From Heterodontus francisci (Eukaryota), in assembly GCF_036365525.1 (NCBI RefSeq), contig NC_090373.1, positions 85,061,221 to 85,125,220 of the forward strand: a stretch of DNA of 64,000 nucleotides, in the 5' to 3' direction. The notes beneath the pieces are model-generated. The model had not been told where the DNA came from, did not search any database, and saw only the letters and a list, made by a program, of their open reading frames with translations. Below, one piece after another: positions 23,406 to 34,969 of the stretch (position 1 is the first letter of the stretch; each line of letters begins with the position of its first letter). A program made the translations under genes and the position numbers.

Positions 23406-26400
23406 TGTAGGGGAGACTGGCTTAGGGAATCATGGGATACTTGGCATAACTTAGATCCCTGAAACCTGAGAAAAGCTTGCCTGTTAGACACACAAATAAC
23501 ATGAATAACCTAATCAAAAGGTAAACGAGATCAGGAGGGAGACACCTGAATCACATGAATAACCTAATCAAGAGGTTGACGAGATGAATAATATAGCCAG
23601 GATGATGTTAGGGAAGATAGTAGATGGGAGATGATGTAATTAAAGAAGCAGCTTGTCAAGTAAACCTCCTGTAAACAGTATAAAATGACTGCTCAGGCAT
23701 TGTGCTAGTAGAATCCCCACAATCGTTCGTGAGAGTAGGACTTCTCCTTGCATGCTCATAATACAGATCACTCGTTTGGACAAGACATCCGACTCTTGAG
23801 TTGTTTTTGGGTACCGGGGAAAACCCTCACCCTTACATTTGACGTTGTCAGCAGGATATATCACATCGGGACCTTGACAGTGAGGAGACCGATCAAAGGG
23901 TGAGTACCTTTTATTTTACCACCCGTAGTTAGGAAAGGTCTACCACACAGTCACGGGACTGGTGTACTTTAAGTGGGGTATCGAAGAACCAACGCCTGGA
24001 GACTCGAGTGCCGAGCAATCAAAGCGCACACCAGGGTAGTAGGTAGCGAGTTGAAAGAACCGGGCAGAGACCCATGCTGAGAAAGTTGCATAGTAGGTGA
24101 AGCCACGCAGGGGATTTAGAGGTATCTCAAAGGCTGTTACCGCATAGGAGACCGCGCTGAGAGAGACTGCAAAGCAGACCTTCACAAGGGGTCGATCTAT
24201 GCAGAGATTTAAAGGGTATCCTGTAGGTCAATACTGCTCGGGCAGACCACATTCTGACAGAATGAAGGCCTAGACTGGGGACTGGGGTGGGGGTCCCTTA
24301 TCAGGTTTATAGCAGATGAAAATTTGATCAGTAAAATGAAAAAAGGTGAGTGGGAATCTAATGACCCCCCCCCCCACCCCCCACCCCAGAAACGCAAAGA
24401 GCATGCTGGAAGGGCCAAAAGAAAGTTCAGAAGGATAAGGCAATTAGGATCAGACTCAATTCTTATATGGGACTCTGCCGGTGAGTCCACTAACATTCCC
24501 AAAAGCAGAAACAAATTAACAGCGAGTCCAGAACAAAGTCCAGAGATAGAAACAAGTTTCAGAAAACGATTGGTAGAAATTACATTTGAAGTACCACAGT
24601 AGCCTAGAATGCTGTTGAAAGGACAAAAGAAGGAAAACGTGTGTGTGTAAGTCTATGTTGGTGTTTGGTCTATTTGTGTGTTCAGAAGTTGTTGAATGGT
24701 AAATGTGAATGTGAGTAAATTAAGGAAAGAGCAGGAAGATAGGTGTGCCATAGATGACAGGACAAAGAGTCAATTACAGAAAGAAAGGGATAAACGAGGG
24801 GGGGAAACGACCCAGTCATATAGAAGAGACAGGTCAGTGGGATGATAGAGTGGAGTTCCTGAAGGCATATTGTGTGGAAAAAGCAAGGGAAAAGGAAAAG
24901 AGGGAGGCGGACGAGAGATTGTTGAAGCAGAGGTGTCGCGAAGCTGAGCAGGAGCGGGACAATGTTAAGGCTGCCTACTGGGTTTTGCAGTCAGAGTGCA
25001 AGACCAGGATTGACCATGCATTAAGCTCAGGGATTTACTCAGCCCTATCAGAGGAAGGGAGAATGGCTCGAGGCACCTGGGACGAAATGAAGACTTGGGT
25101 AACTAGGGCTATGGGCCTCAGAAAAAGAGACACATATCAGCTAGTTCAGAATACTCATCAAAGAATGACTATGGCTGCATAACCTCTTGGAGTTTGTCTG
25201 CTTTATGAGTGTTTGTCTTTTTCCTTTAGTTTCTAATTATAGTTGATGCAAGTTATTTGAAGAAAGGAGAATTGGGATCATTGACGTAATTGATTTATTT
25301 CTGTTTCCCTTCCTTTAAACGCATGTGCTACTCTTTTCTGTCTGTGTGTGTGTGGATTTATTTATTTTATTTGGGCGCATGATGTTTGTGTGCTTGAATT
25401 TGTGATTTTCAGTGCAATTTTAAAACTAAGACATACTGGCGCAAACTACTGGCAGATGGGGATGAAGCTCCTGTTTGTTTTCCAAATATAAAGAACAGTC
25501 CAGAGCCATGCAGAAGTCTGGCAGAAACCCAGTTTTAACCTTTCAAACCTTTGCAGCAAGTTAAAGAAGACGCAATTCAAATGTGGTTAAGTAGGGAACA
25601 TCAGAACTTGGAAGTTATTCTAAAGGACAGGGAAAAGTTGCCAGGAGTAGGGGATCAAGTGATTGTTAGGGTCCTACTTGCAAAACCAGGCTTAGCATCT
25701 CGCTGGCAAGGACCTTACGAGGTCCCGATGACAAGCAACACTTGTACGTGTGGATGTGCAAGGGAAAGGCTGATGGAAACGGACACAGATCAAGGAGTAT
25801 GGAAATGCAAAGAATAATAAGGACTAACCGAAGATGACCGGCGTCCGCTATGTTCTCTCTTTACAGGACCATGAAAACCACAGTATTGCAAATATGTCTG
25901 GCAACCACGATTGTAGAAGGAACCAAGTCTGTTGACTAGGGACCCAACAAGGCCTGTTCAATAAGAACTTGAACGATGCCAATTGCCATCAGGCACATGG
26001 ACTGTTAAATGTCACAGTTAATAAACTAGTATGTCTAAGGAGTAGCTCAGGTCAGTTGGGAACGAGGAGCAGCAGTGCCTGAAGGTGCAAAGCGTGGCAA
26101 TGAAGGTTCCCTTATACTTAAAAGCAGTCATGCATAAATCTAGTGTCAGTATCATCCACTGTAGTTCTAACTTTATAACCCTATTCTATCTGTATGCAGT
26201 TACTTGTTGGATTAAGTTCTATTCGAGTTATTTGTTATTGAATTGTCTAACCAATGTGAATGTTGACTGTAGGGTCCCATTTTGGATAATTTGCTCATTA
26301 TTTGTATCGTGAACGAGAGGGGTTGTTAGACTCCATTGAGTGTACATGAGCACATTGGCTGAATTGCATAGCCAGATTCACTGATTCAATTGTAACTCTT

Positions 26401-28135
26401 AATTTAAAAAATTAAATTGCTAGAATAATTGTGTAGAGCCAGTCAATATTTATTAATGAATTATAACTGTTAGCTATAATGAGCTTGCTGACTTCTAAAT
26501 CATAATGAACAAAGCAATGTTTAAATGGAATTGTAAGTTAGATTTGTATTTAACCAACATGCTAGCAAAACACTAAAGAAGCAGGGGCATCCAAACCCTT
26601 CTCAGGATAGAGAATACAGGGATCATGGGAGATAGCAATTGGCCAAAGTACAACCTCGTACCCAAATACGCGACCCAGAGAGATTCCCTCCTCAGGGGAT
26701 TTCGCTGGCTGGGTGTAGGGAATAACATTGTCTGTCCACATCCCATGGGGATAGGGATGAGAGCCGCGCATGGTTTCAATACCACCCTAAACTGTATCCT
26801 TGAAATTTCCAGGGCACGCCATGAACCGACACAGGTGGCACACCGTGGAGAAGGGGAGTACTGCATGACCACCAGCGAGACTCAATACCAGCACTGCCCA
26901 GTGATCAACTCGAGTTTCTGCTTCCACCCCCAGGCCCCAATGACAATCAGACATTTGGCGATATCTCAAATCCGGTCTCCCCGTTGGGTGTGGATGAATA
27001 TAACTGATGATCTAACGGAGGACTTGTTGAGATACCTGCTTCCCGAGGGGAAGCAAATCCATAAACTGCTGAAACATGTACTGAAGGTGAGAGAAGTGGC
27101 CCGGACAGCAATAAAGCTGTATCACCGAATCCAAAAGGAGGTCAAGCAACTGGGAGAGGATGTGGTAGCTCAACTGGAGGACGCATCATGGTGGGAGACG
27201 GTTTGGGACTGGGGTATTAGGGTTGACGTTCACCCCTGATTAAAATTGTTTTCCATGTACTGGTGGTCATGCAGTTGCTAATTGCTGTCGGACTTATGGT
27301 TGAATGTTGTACCCTGGCACCTAAATTGAGATGTTAGACATAATTTAGAAAATGTAACCATGCAAATCTAACCGCCTGTCTGGCCAACAGTGATGGAGCA
27401 AGGAGCACTTAGTGTTAGTTGGCCATCTGGCTAGTAGCCAAGGGTCAAAAGGAGAACTGAAGTGGTGTACTCTGGGAGTACTGCAGGCTTGACTAAAATT
27501 GCTGTAATTTATGTAGCATAATACAAAGTATCAATCCTAGATTAAGCCTGGTCACTAGGACACAGGTGAGGTCATAAGAGGATACTAGGGAAGGATCCAA
27601 AGCTCATCGAAACTGGTAGGATCCCCGGATTATTCAAAGGGCAGAGGATTCTAGGGTAATGGCTACCTTGGGCCAGGTGCTGGCCAAGGGCCAAAAGGGG
27701 GGTCTGTAGGGGAGACTGGCTTAGGGAGTCATGGGATACTTGGCGTAACCTAGGTCCCTGAAACTTGAGAAAAGCTTGCCTGTTAGACACACAAATCACA
27801 TGAATAACCTAATCAAAAGGTAAACGATATCAGGAGGGAGACACCCGAATCACATGAATAACCTAATCAAGAGGTTGGCGAAGTGAATATTATGGGCAGG
27901 ATGAGATTAAGGAAGACAGTCGATGGGAGATGATGTAATTAAAGAAACAGCTAGTCACTAAACTTCCTGTCAACTGTATAAAATGACTGCTCAGACATTG
28001 TGCTAGTAGAATCCCTACAATCATTCGTGAGAGTAGGGCTTCTCCGTGCATGCGCATAATACAGATCACTCGTTTGGACAAGACATCCGACTCTCAAGGC
28101 AACTTTGTGTACCGGGGCAAGCCCTCACCCTTACA
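23406..28135 (+). mobile_element. Env-bearing endogenous retrovirus-like provirus, internally deleted (no RT seen)
   Basis: LTRs 23406-23837 and 27705-28135 (TGTAG...TTACA); TSD CAGAA/CAGAG; tRNA-Ser-like PBS TGACGTTGTCAGCAGGAT at 23840; polypurine tract before 27705. gag-like ORFs 24324-25182; integrase C-terminal GDQVIVR...RWQGPYEV (25551-25817). Confidence 0.88.
25871..27337 (+). pseudogene. Disrupted envelope/fusion glycoprotein gene of the provirus
   Basis: ATG at 25871 follows a splice acceptor and encodes signal-like MKTTVLQICLATTIVEG. Cys-rich ORF 26625-27239 ends in a heptad-like stretch and WWETVWDWG. A frameshifted hydrophobic segment IVFHVLVVMQLLIAVGLMVECC starts at 27245. Confidence 0.65.
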
Positions 28136-28267
28136 CAGAGTATTTTGGTATTCTGGATAGATGTCCACCTTTTTAGGAGAGACCTTGATCTCTCTTCCCC
28201 CTCTCCCTGCACTCTGTGTGTGTGCGTGTGTGTCTCATTCTCTCTTCCCTCCCCCCTCCCCTCTAGG

Positions 28268-28548
28268 ACTAATGGACACAGATTGAAAGTTTTGTGCAAA
28301 AGATGCAGAGGGAATATGATGTAGCACTTTTTTATGCAGCGGGTGGTAATGACCTGGAACTCGCTGCCACAAGGGTGGTGGCAATGGAGATGATCAGTGA
28401 CTTCAAAAGGAAGTTGACTGGACACCTGAGAGAAATAGACTTGCAGGGCTACAGGGATTGAGGCATGGAGTGGGACTGACTGCATAGCTCCGTGGAGAGC
28501 CAGCCTGGGCTCGAAGGACAGAATGGCCTCCTTCTGTGCCATAAGTAA
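28268..28548 (+). mobile_element. CR1 LINE 3' end fragment
   Basis: RTNGHRLKVLCKRCRG, then TGGAACTCGCTGCC and a CR1-type 3' UTR ending GAATGGCCTCCTTCTGTGCC. Confidence 0.8.
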
Positions 28549-28551
28549 ATG

Positions 28552-28922
28552 ACTCTCTCCCCTGTCTGTCTTTCTCTCTCTCTCCCCCCCCATCTGTCTC
28601 CCTTTCCTCCCCACTCTCTCTGTCTCCTCCTCCTCCTCTCTCTATCCCTCTCCACCCCGCCCCCCCCCACCGTGTATCTCTCCCCACTCCACCCCTTGTG
28701 TCTCCAGTGTTCCACGCTCCCTGCTCAGTGTTCCCCACTCTCTCTGTTCCCCTGTCTCTCTGTTCCCCCTTCTCTCCCCCTTTCTCTCTCTCTCTGCCCC
28801 CCTCTCTGTCTCTCTGACCCCTCTCTCTCTCTGTCTCTCGTCTCTCTCTGTTCCTCCTCTCTCTGATCCCCCCCCCCCCCCCCACCCGCCTCTCTCTGTC
28901 TCGCTCCGCCACTCTCTCTCAC
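28552..28922. repeat. CT-rich low-complexity / microsatellite tract
   Basis: Runs of (CT)n and Cn; produces spurious Arg/Glu/Gly-rich ORFs on the minus strand. Confidence 0.9.
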
Positions 28923-28925
28923 ACA

Positions 28926-29224
28926 GTTGCAGAGAGTGGAATGCTCTTTTAAAGTTCTTTTAGAAATCAGTTCTTTTAAAAAAAGCTTGTTGTCATTTTC
29001 ACAGGTGACAGCTGCTGACATTGGGAACAGCCATTTCCCAACAGACTCCGGTTTTCTGGCAGGCTTTTTAAAAAATAAGTCAGAAGCTGCCGAAAAACCC
29101 CGAGTCTGTTGGGAAATGATTGTTCCCGATGTCAGTGGCTGCAACCTGTGAAACTGACAACGATCTTTTTTAAAAGAACTGACTTTTAAAAAGAACTTTG
29201 AAAGAGCATTCCACTCTCTGCAAC
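28926..29224. repeat. ~300-bp imperfect palindrome inside the hAT element
   Basis: GTTGCAGAGAGTGGAATGCTCTTTTAAAGTTC at the left is the reverse complement of GAACTTTGAAAGAGCATTCCACTCTCTGCAAC at the right; pairing continues inward (TTTCCCAACAGACTC / GAGTCTGTTGGGAAA). Confidence 0.9.
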
Positions 29225-32189
29225 CTGCGAAACTGATAGCGAATAGTTTAAAAATGGTCTGACAAAGGGAAATTTTGTCATCTCCAGTTACGGTGATGAT
29301 GAGGAATGGCCCCGGGAACAATTTCTATCCACAGGCCGGATGGAAACATTTGGTGGGCTGGATCCTGGCCTGTGGGCCGTATGTTGGATAACCCTGTGTT
29401 AGAACTTTGGATGCAAATGCTATTGGCTTTCCCTCTTGTACAAGGGCTGCTCCCAGTCCTTTTGTAGAAGCATCTACTTGCAGAGTGACAGCTTTCTTTG
29501 TGTCATAGTATGACACAGATGTTTCCTTACATACAACTTTTTGAGTTTGTTGAAACTCCTGTCATGTGACTCTGACCACTGGTACTCTACATCTTCTTTC
29601 ATCACCTCCCGCAAGTTTGTTATTTGTTCTGACATGTGCAGAATAAAGGAGCTGATGTATTGGATCAAGCCAATAAAACTTTTCAACTTTCTCTTATCTC
29701 TTGAGGCTTCAATCCCAGAGATGGCTGAGATTCTTTCAGGACTCGGCTTGACTCCGTCAGGTGTGTACACCATTCCGAACAACTGGCATTCTGTCACTTT
29801 CACAATGCATTTGTCTGCGTTTAGCTTAATCCCAGCTTTCCTGGTTCTCTCCATTGTTCCATGTAGTTGGTTATCATGATCTTTTCCATCTACACCATAT
29901 ATCTGGATATCATTTGCTATGCCGACTGATCCTTTGCATCCCCTGTATGTCTCATCGACTTTCTGTTGGAACACATTCTGGCTCACTTTGAGACCAAAAG
30001 GTAGAGGCAGGAATTTGTACCATCCAAAGGGTGTGTTGAATGTTGTCAACAGTGAAGATTCTGTGTCTAGCTTCACATTCCATTAGCCATTTCTGGCATC
30101 AAGCTTGCTGAAAACCTTTGCCCCTGCCAGTGCTGGTGTAATTTCTTCCAGTGTTGGAGTAAGGCAGTGATCCTTCTTTATTGCTTGGTTAAGATCTTTG
30201 AGATCTAGGAAAATTCTTAGTCGTCCGTTTCACTTCTCTCTCACCACAATAGAATTGACCCAATCTGTCAGCTCTGTAACTCCGGTGATCAGCTTCTTTT
30301 CTTCCATTTCTTGGAGTTGTCTTTCCAGCTTTCCTTTTAGTTCTATTGGTACTTCACATGGGGGATGAATCACTGGTTTCATCGCTGGGTCAATAGTGAT
30401 GTGATACTCAAAATCTTCAAAGCATCCAACCATCGCATCAAAACAGTCTGGTTACATTTGTACCAGATCTTCTTTGCTCCTGATCGGAGGGCGCTTTTCA
30501 ATGAGTGTATTGTCTACAACCCTCAGTGTTGCCTCCTTCACCTCATGGTTTACTGAGATAATCTGCAGCTCTTCACAACTGCTCAACCCCAGGATAGCTG
30601 AACCATCTGTTTCAGTGACGTAGAACATATAGTTAACATCTTTTCTTTTGTATGTCCCTCTGATTTGGGTTGTTCCTAGTTGTCAAAACTCAGTTCCCCG
30701 TATGCTGTTAGCATGACGTTGTTTGGTTTCACAGCACCTTTCCTTGGATAACCATTTTCCCCCAAATTTTCAAGAAAGATCTGCTGGTATAGTCCGTGTG
30801 GGATGATGTTACTCTGTGCTCCAGTATCAATCTTCACCTTCAGATTTATCGTTGTGGGCTTATTTCTCAGCTTCTTCCTGATCTGAATGGTCATGCAAAT
30901 TTCTTTTCTCTGGGAACTGTCACATCCAGACATTTCGTGCAATTGTATGGTTCCTTTGTCTATCACGTTCTCAAACCCATCGTCATCTTCCAGGGTGTGG
31001 ATATTTTGGTTTTTTTCACTACTCATTTGCCCTGTTACTCTGGCTCTGGTGACTCGTCTACCACCTTCTTCCTTTGACCTGCACATCTTTTCCCAGTGAT
31101 TGGTCTTTCCGCAAGCTCTGCAGATTGATCCATATATGGGACATTCCCTTCCGTCTGTGATTTCATGTGGTCGTTCACAGCTCCTGCACATCTTTTTCTC
31201 TGTCTGGTGTACATTCTTTCATTGTTGTTTCACTGCATCAACCCTGCTGCCCTTCTCTTGGCTTAACTGAAGGCTAGCTGTTTGGGTAGTGAGTGTCTTC
31301 ATCTGTCTGCTCGTGGCTTCATGTGCCCCGGCAGTGTCTACAGCCTGCGATATTGTGAGCCATCCTTTCCAATTAGAGCTTTCTGTACTTCAGGATGTGC
31401 AGAAACCTAAATGAGCTGATCTATCAGCCTTTCATCTGTGTCCTTAAATTTATATTTTCTGGCTGGATTTTTCAATCTTGTTAAAAACTAGTCAGTAGGC
31501 TCACCTAGTTCCTGTCTGAGGTATATCCGATGATTTGATTTTGGCTGGAGATGGGTACTGAATCTTTCAAAAATTTTGTCTGGATTTCTGCTGCCCTCAT
31601 CAATTAGGTCCCAGCTGTTAAATAAATTTAATCCTTTATCTCCTGCCCAGAGAAGGATATATCTGACCCTCTTCACTAATGCCTTTTAGGAAACTACAGA
31701 ATGCAAGCTGAACTTTTGTTTGAACTTTTCAAATGCCTCCATGACATCATAGGCTTCCCAATTCATTTTGGGCTGTAGATGTGCATTCATCCCTGATCCG
31801 GCTGACATTTCGTTTTTTTCGTTTTCACACATCACTTAGTTTTTCTTTCTCTCTCTCTGGCACTAATTTGGGTCAATTTTTCCCAATCTAATTCTTTTTA
31901 AATGTTCTAGATTTGCTCACAGACACTCGCTGTCATGTTTCATCTTCTGGTTCCCAGATGTTGGAAATAATCACACATTAAACTTGGAAAGGCTGGAGTC
32001 TTTGGTTATTCATTCAGCCAGCATGCTGCCTGGTGTTGGACTACTTGAGACTAGTTTCCTGTTACACATCACATGACTCGCTAGTGCAGCCATGAATGTG
32101 GCTCCCCTGGAGCACTTACACATAACAATTAGTTCCTAGCACTTTACAGATAGTATAACAATATATCACAGTGAGACACATTCCTGAGA

Positions 32190-33010
32190 GAACAAATAGG
32201 TGAAGGGAAAGGGTTACAGTCAAGGGAGAAGTGAGAGAGTGACTCTATTTGGTGGGTCAGGAGCAAAGAGAAGAAATATCCCATTGTGGGGAATGTTGAA
32301 AAAGATCCTGCTAAGGGATGAAGAACTAGACATGCTAGTTCACTATGGAGAAGGATGATGTAGGTGTAGAGATCAGGGAGGGGGATTGTGATAAACTTGA
32401 ACATATTAGTATTGTAAGGGAGGAAGTGTTAGCTGTTTTACCGGGCTTAAAAGTAGATAAATCCCCAGGCCCCAGAAGAGATGTATCCCAGGCTGTTATG
32501 TGAGGTCAGGGAGGAGCTAGCAGGGGCTCTGACACAAATTTTCAAGAAGGGTAACAAGGATAACAAGAAGGGTAACAGGCCAGTGAGTCTAAAATCAGTG
32601 GTTGGGAAACTATTGGAAAAAATTCTGAGGGACAAGATTAATCTCCACTTGGAGAGGCAGGGATTAATCAGTGATAGCCAGCATGGCTTTGTCAGGGTGA
32701 GATCGTGTCTAAATAACTTGATTGAATTTTTCAAGGAGGTGACTAGATGTGTTGATGTAGTCTACATTGACTTCAGTAAGGCTTTTGATAAGGTCCCACA
32801 TGGGAGATTGGTTAAGAAGGTTAATTGGTTAATTGGTTAAGAGCCCATGGGATCCAGGGCAATTTGGCAAATTGGGTCCAAAATTGGCTTAGTGGCAGGA
32901 GGCAGAGGGTGATGGTTGAGGGTTGTTTCTGCAAGTGGAAGCCTGTGACCAGTGGTGTACCGTAGGGATCGGGTGCTGGGACCCTTGCTGTTCGTAGTGT
33001 ACATTAATGT
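32190..33010 (+). mobile_element. CR1 LINE RT fragment
   Basis: ORF 32481-32840 (QHGFVRVRSCLNNLIEFF, VYIDFSKAFDKVPH). Confidence 0.88.
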
Positions 33011-33014
33011 TAAT

Positions 33015-34071
33015 CTGAAGAGATTTTGGGATGAGGGAGAAGTGGGATGTGAGAAGGATGATTAGGCAGGAGTCATCTATGATGGTTTCAGCCCCGCCAC
33101 TGGCCGTAGCCTCAGTCAGGGCTGTTCTCATGCTGGAGTGTACATCTTCTCAATGAGGGTAAGGACATGCAGCCGAGCCTGTCTGGCAAGGGTTAGGTGC
33201 TGCTGCTTCTGGCTATGTGCCACCCTGACCTGTAAGAGAGAGGGTGGTTTGTCAGTGAGAGTGTGGTGCAATGTGTTTTGGTGATGTGCCTGTCATGGTT
33301 GAATAGCTGAGTTTGTGCAAGCTGTGAGATGTGGGTGTGAGGCTTACAGCAGTGCTAAGTGTGTGAGGATGAGATAAAGGCATGAATGTGAGGTATAAGT
33401 CATGATTGATTGAGATTGTTGGTAGGTGAATGGGGGGAGGGGTGCAATGAATTGAGCACCGAGTGAGGCTAATGTGTCAGTTGGTAGGATATGGCATTTG
33501 AAGATGAATTCCCTGACCTTTACAACGTATGAGTTCATTAAACCTCTTGTGGTACTGCATCCAGGTTTTTGGGGCTATACTGCTTGCATTGACCATCACG
33601 GCCATCAGCTCCTTTGCAGAGTTTGTCTGGAGGGCTTCCTAGTCCCTTGTGACAAGAGGACATCTCTCCTCCTGTCCTCCTGTACCACTGCCTCCAGTGC
33701 TCTGTCTGAGAACCTTGGAGCATGCCCTCTGCCTTGTTGTGTCATTAATCAGTCTTCGTCCTGCTCAGAATGTCTTCTTCAGTCACATCCAACACTAGCT
33801 CCAGCCAGAATGCTCTTCCCCTTTCAAAAGGACAGGCTGGCTTTAACTAGTGCAGGTTAGCTTCAGGTAGTGCTAGCCTCACACAAACTTGGGCCCCCTG
33901 CTGAGGCACGTAATCATTCAACAGTGCGTTTAGTGTTGGGCTGCATGCTACTAACATTCAAATTAGCAGGCAGCATGAAGTTTGTTTGGTGCCTGTATCA
34001 GAAGGAATGGGCATGGTTTTATCACACATCGAGATCCTCGTACCTGTTTTTGGGAGTTATCGAATTTTGCC
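33015..34071 (-). mobile_element. Harbinger-type element end carrying a decayed Myb/SANT-like DNA-binding gene
   Basis: Minus strand ~33725-33520 translates, across a frameshift, to HAPRFSDRALEAVVQE...RRDVL...VNASSIAPKTWMQYHKRFNEL. Terminus GAATTTTGCCC resembles the ends at 21856 and 41512. Confidence 0.6.
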
Positions 34072-34595
34072 CTCATAATATTTTACAATTTTTCAAATTG
34101 CAGAATCTAGAAATTCAAATAGCTAACATGTTGTTATGTTGTGAAGAAATCATTTCATGAACTATTAAGTGATGAAGTTGTCCACTTAGACATTTAGAAT
34201 TTCAAAAATCTTAAAGGATAACCTTCAATTCAGGGTCTAGATTGTGTTGAACATGCCGCAATTGGATCACTTCATTGACACTTTTGTCAGGATTAGCAGA
34301 GCTGCAAAATATGTTCATTGAAATGCAGCTCATTGAATTGCTTGCTAAGCGCAACTGATAAATCTTGTGCCAATTTTAATGAGATGTGCCAGATTTTGAC
34401 AACTAAGCTCTGAAAAGACATCCATCTTTTTCAGATATAGTAAGAAACATTGAATGACATTTGTGTACACTCAGTCAATATGTAGAGCAAACAGCAGGTG
34501 TTTCCTTCACAGCTATCCCGAAACCTTGTGCTTAACTCACACTTTATCATGTCCTCTAAATAAAGGGCAATGACTCGCACATCAGTTGGACTCAC

Positions 34596-34743
34596 ACTTC
34601 ACAGTAGGAGCTCCTATGGCCACCACTTCAATGTTCCTGCCAGATTCTGACACAACCACTATTCTCTGTGGCGGGAAGGAAGAAAGAGGGACAGCAGAAA
34701 CCTGATAGCTGCCATACTGCAGGAGGTACGTGTGTAGGGTAAT
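34596..34743 (-). CDS. Candidate internal coding exon of an unidentified host gene
   Basis: Polypyrimidine acceptor TTTTATTTCCATCCTCAG, then 148 nt open in only one frame (ITLHTYLLQYGSYQVSAVPLSSFPPQRIVVVSESGRNIEVVAIGAPTVK), then donor GTGAGT. Lies in non-repeat-looking sequence. Confidence 0.5.
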
Positions 34744-34969
34744 CTGAGGATGGAAATAAAACCAGGGAGAAAACAAAATACAAGAAATCATCTAGAAATG
34801 AAAACTCAAGATAAACAGAGCGGATGTAGAAGTGATTTCCATAGATGGCTAGAATGATGGCTCCAATGTGTTGCTGTACAGAATAGTAAGATGTGGTTTT
34901 GCATAGGTGAGTTCCATATATTATTTCCAAATCTGACCTGGGCCTTCATGGGAAGATTCTGAGTAGTTG

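Larger units (their letters stand above)
23123..29396. mobile_element. Non-autonomous hAT (Charlie-like) DNA transposon
   Basis: TIRs CAGGGTTGTCCAA / TTGGATAACCCTG (12/13 match); perfect 8-bp TSD TGTTAGAA at 23115-23122 and 29397-29404. Removing it brings the Gypsy RNase H pieces (PIAFASKVLT...ERELLAVV) back together. Confidence 0.9.
21966..32160 (-). mobile_element. Decayed Gypsy/Ty3 LTR retrotransposon hosting nested insertions
   Basis: Related LTRs at 21966-22200 and 31937-32160; PBS-like TGACAGCG after the right LTR. gag zinc knuckle CRACGKTNHWEKMC and protease KIDTGAQSNII (30676-31191), RT (29474-30076), RNase H LQVDASTKGLGAALVQ and ERELLAVVYG, integrase HHCC (22426-23214). Integrase is truncated before the left LTR; no matching TSD. 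Confidence 0.9.

Noticed and set aside
28066-29321. Long Arg/Glu/Gly-rich ORFs (182, 169, 198 aa)
   Set aside because: They are translations of the CT-rich tract and the palindrome; no domain signal.
34628-34930. WD40-like GCVRIWQ peptide in an alternative frame of the candidate exon
   Set aside because: That frame hits a stop before the splice donor.
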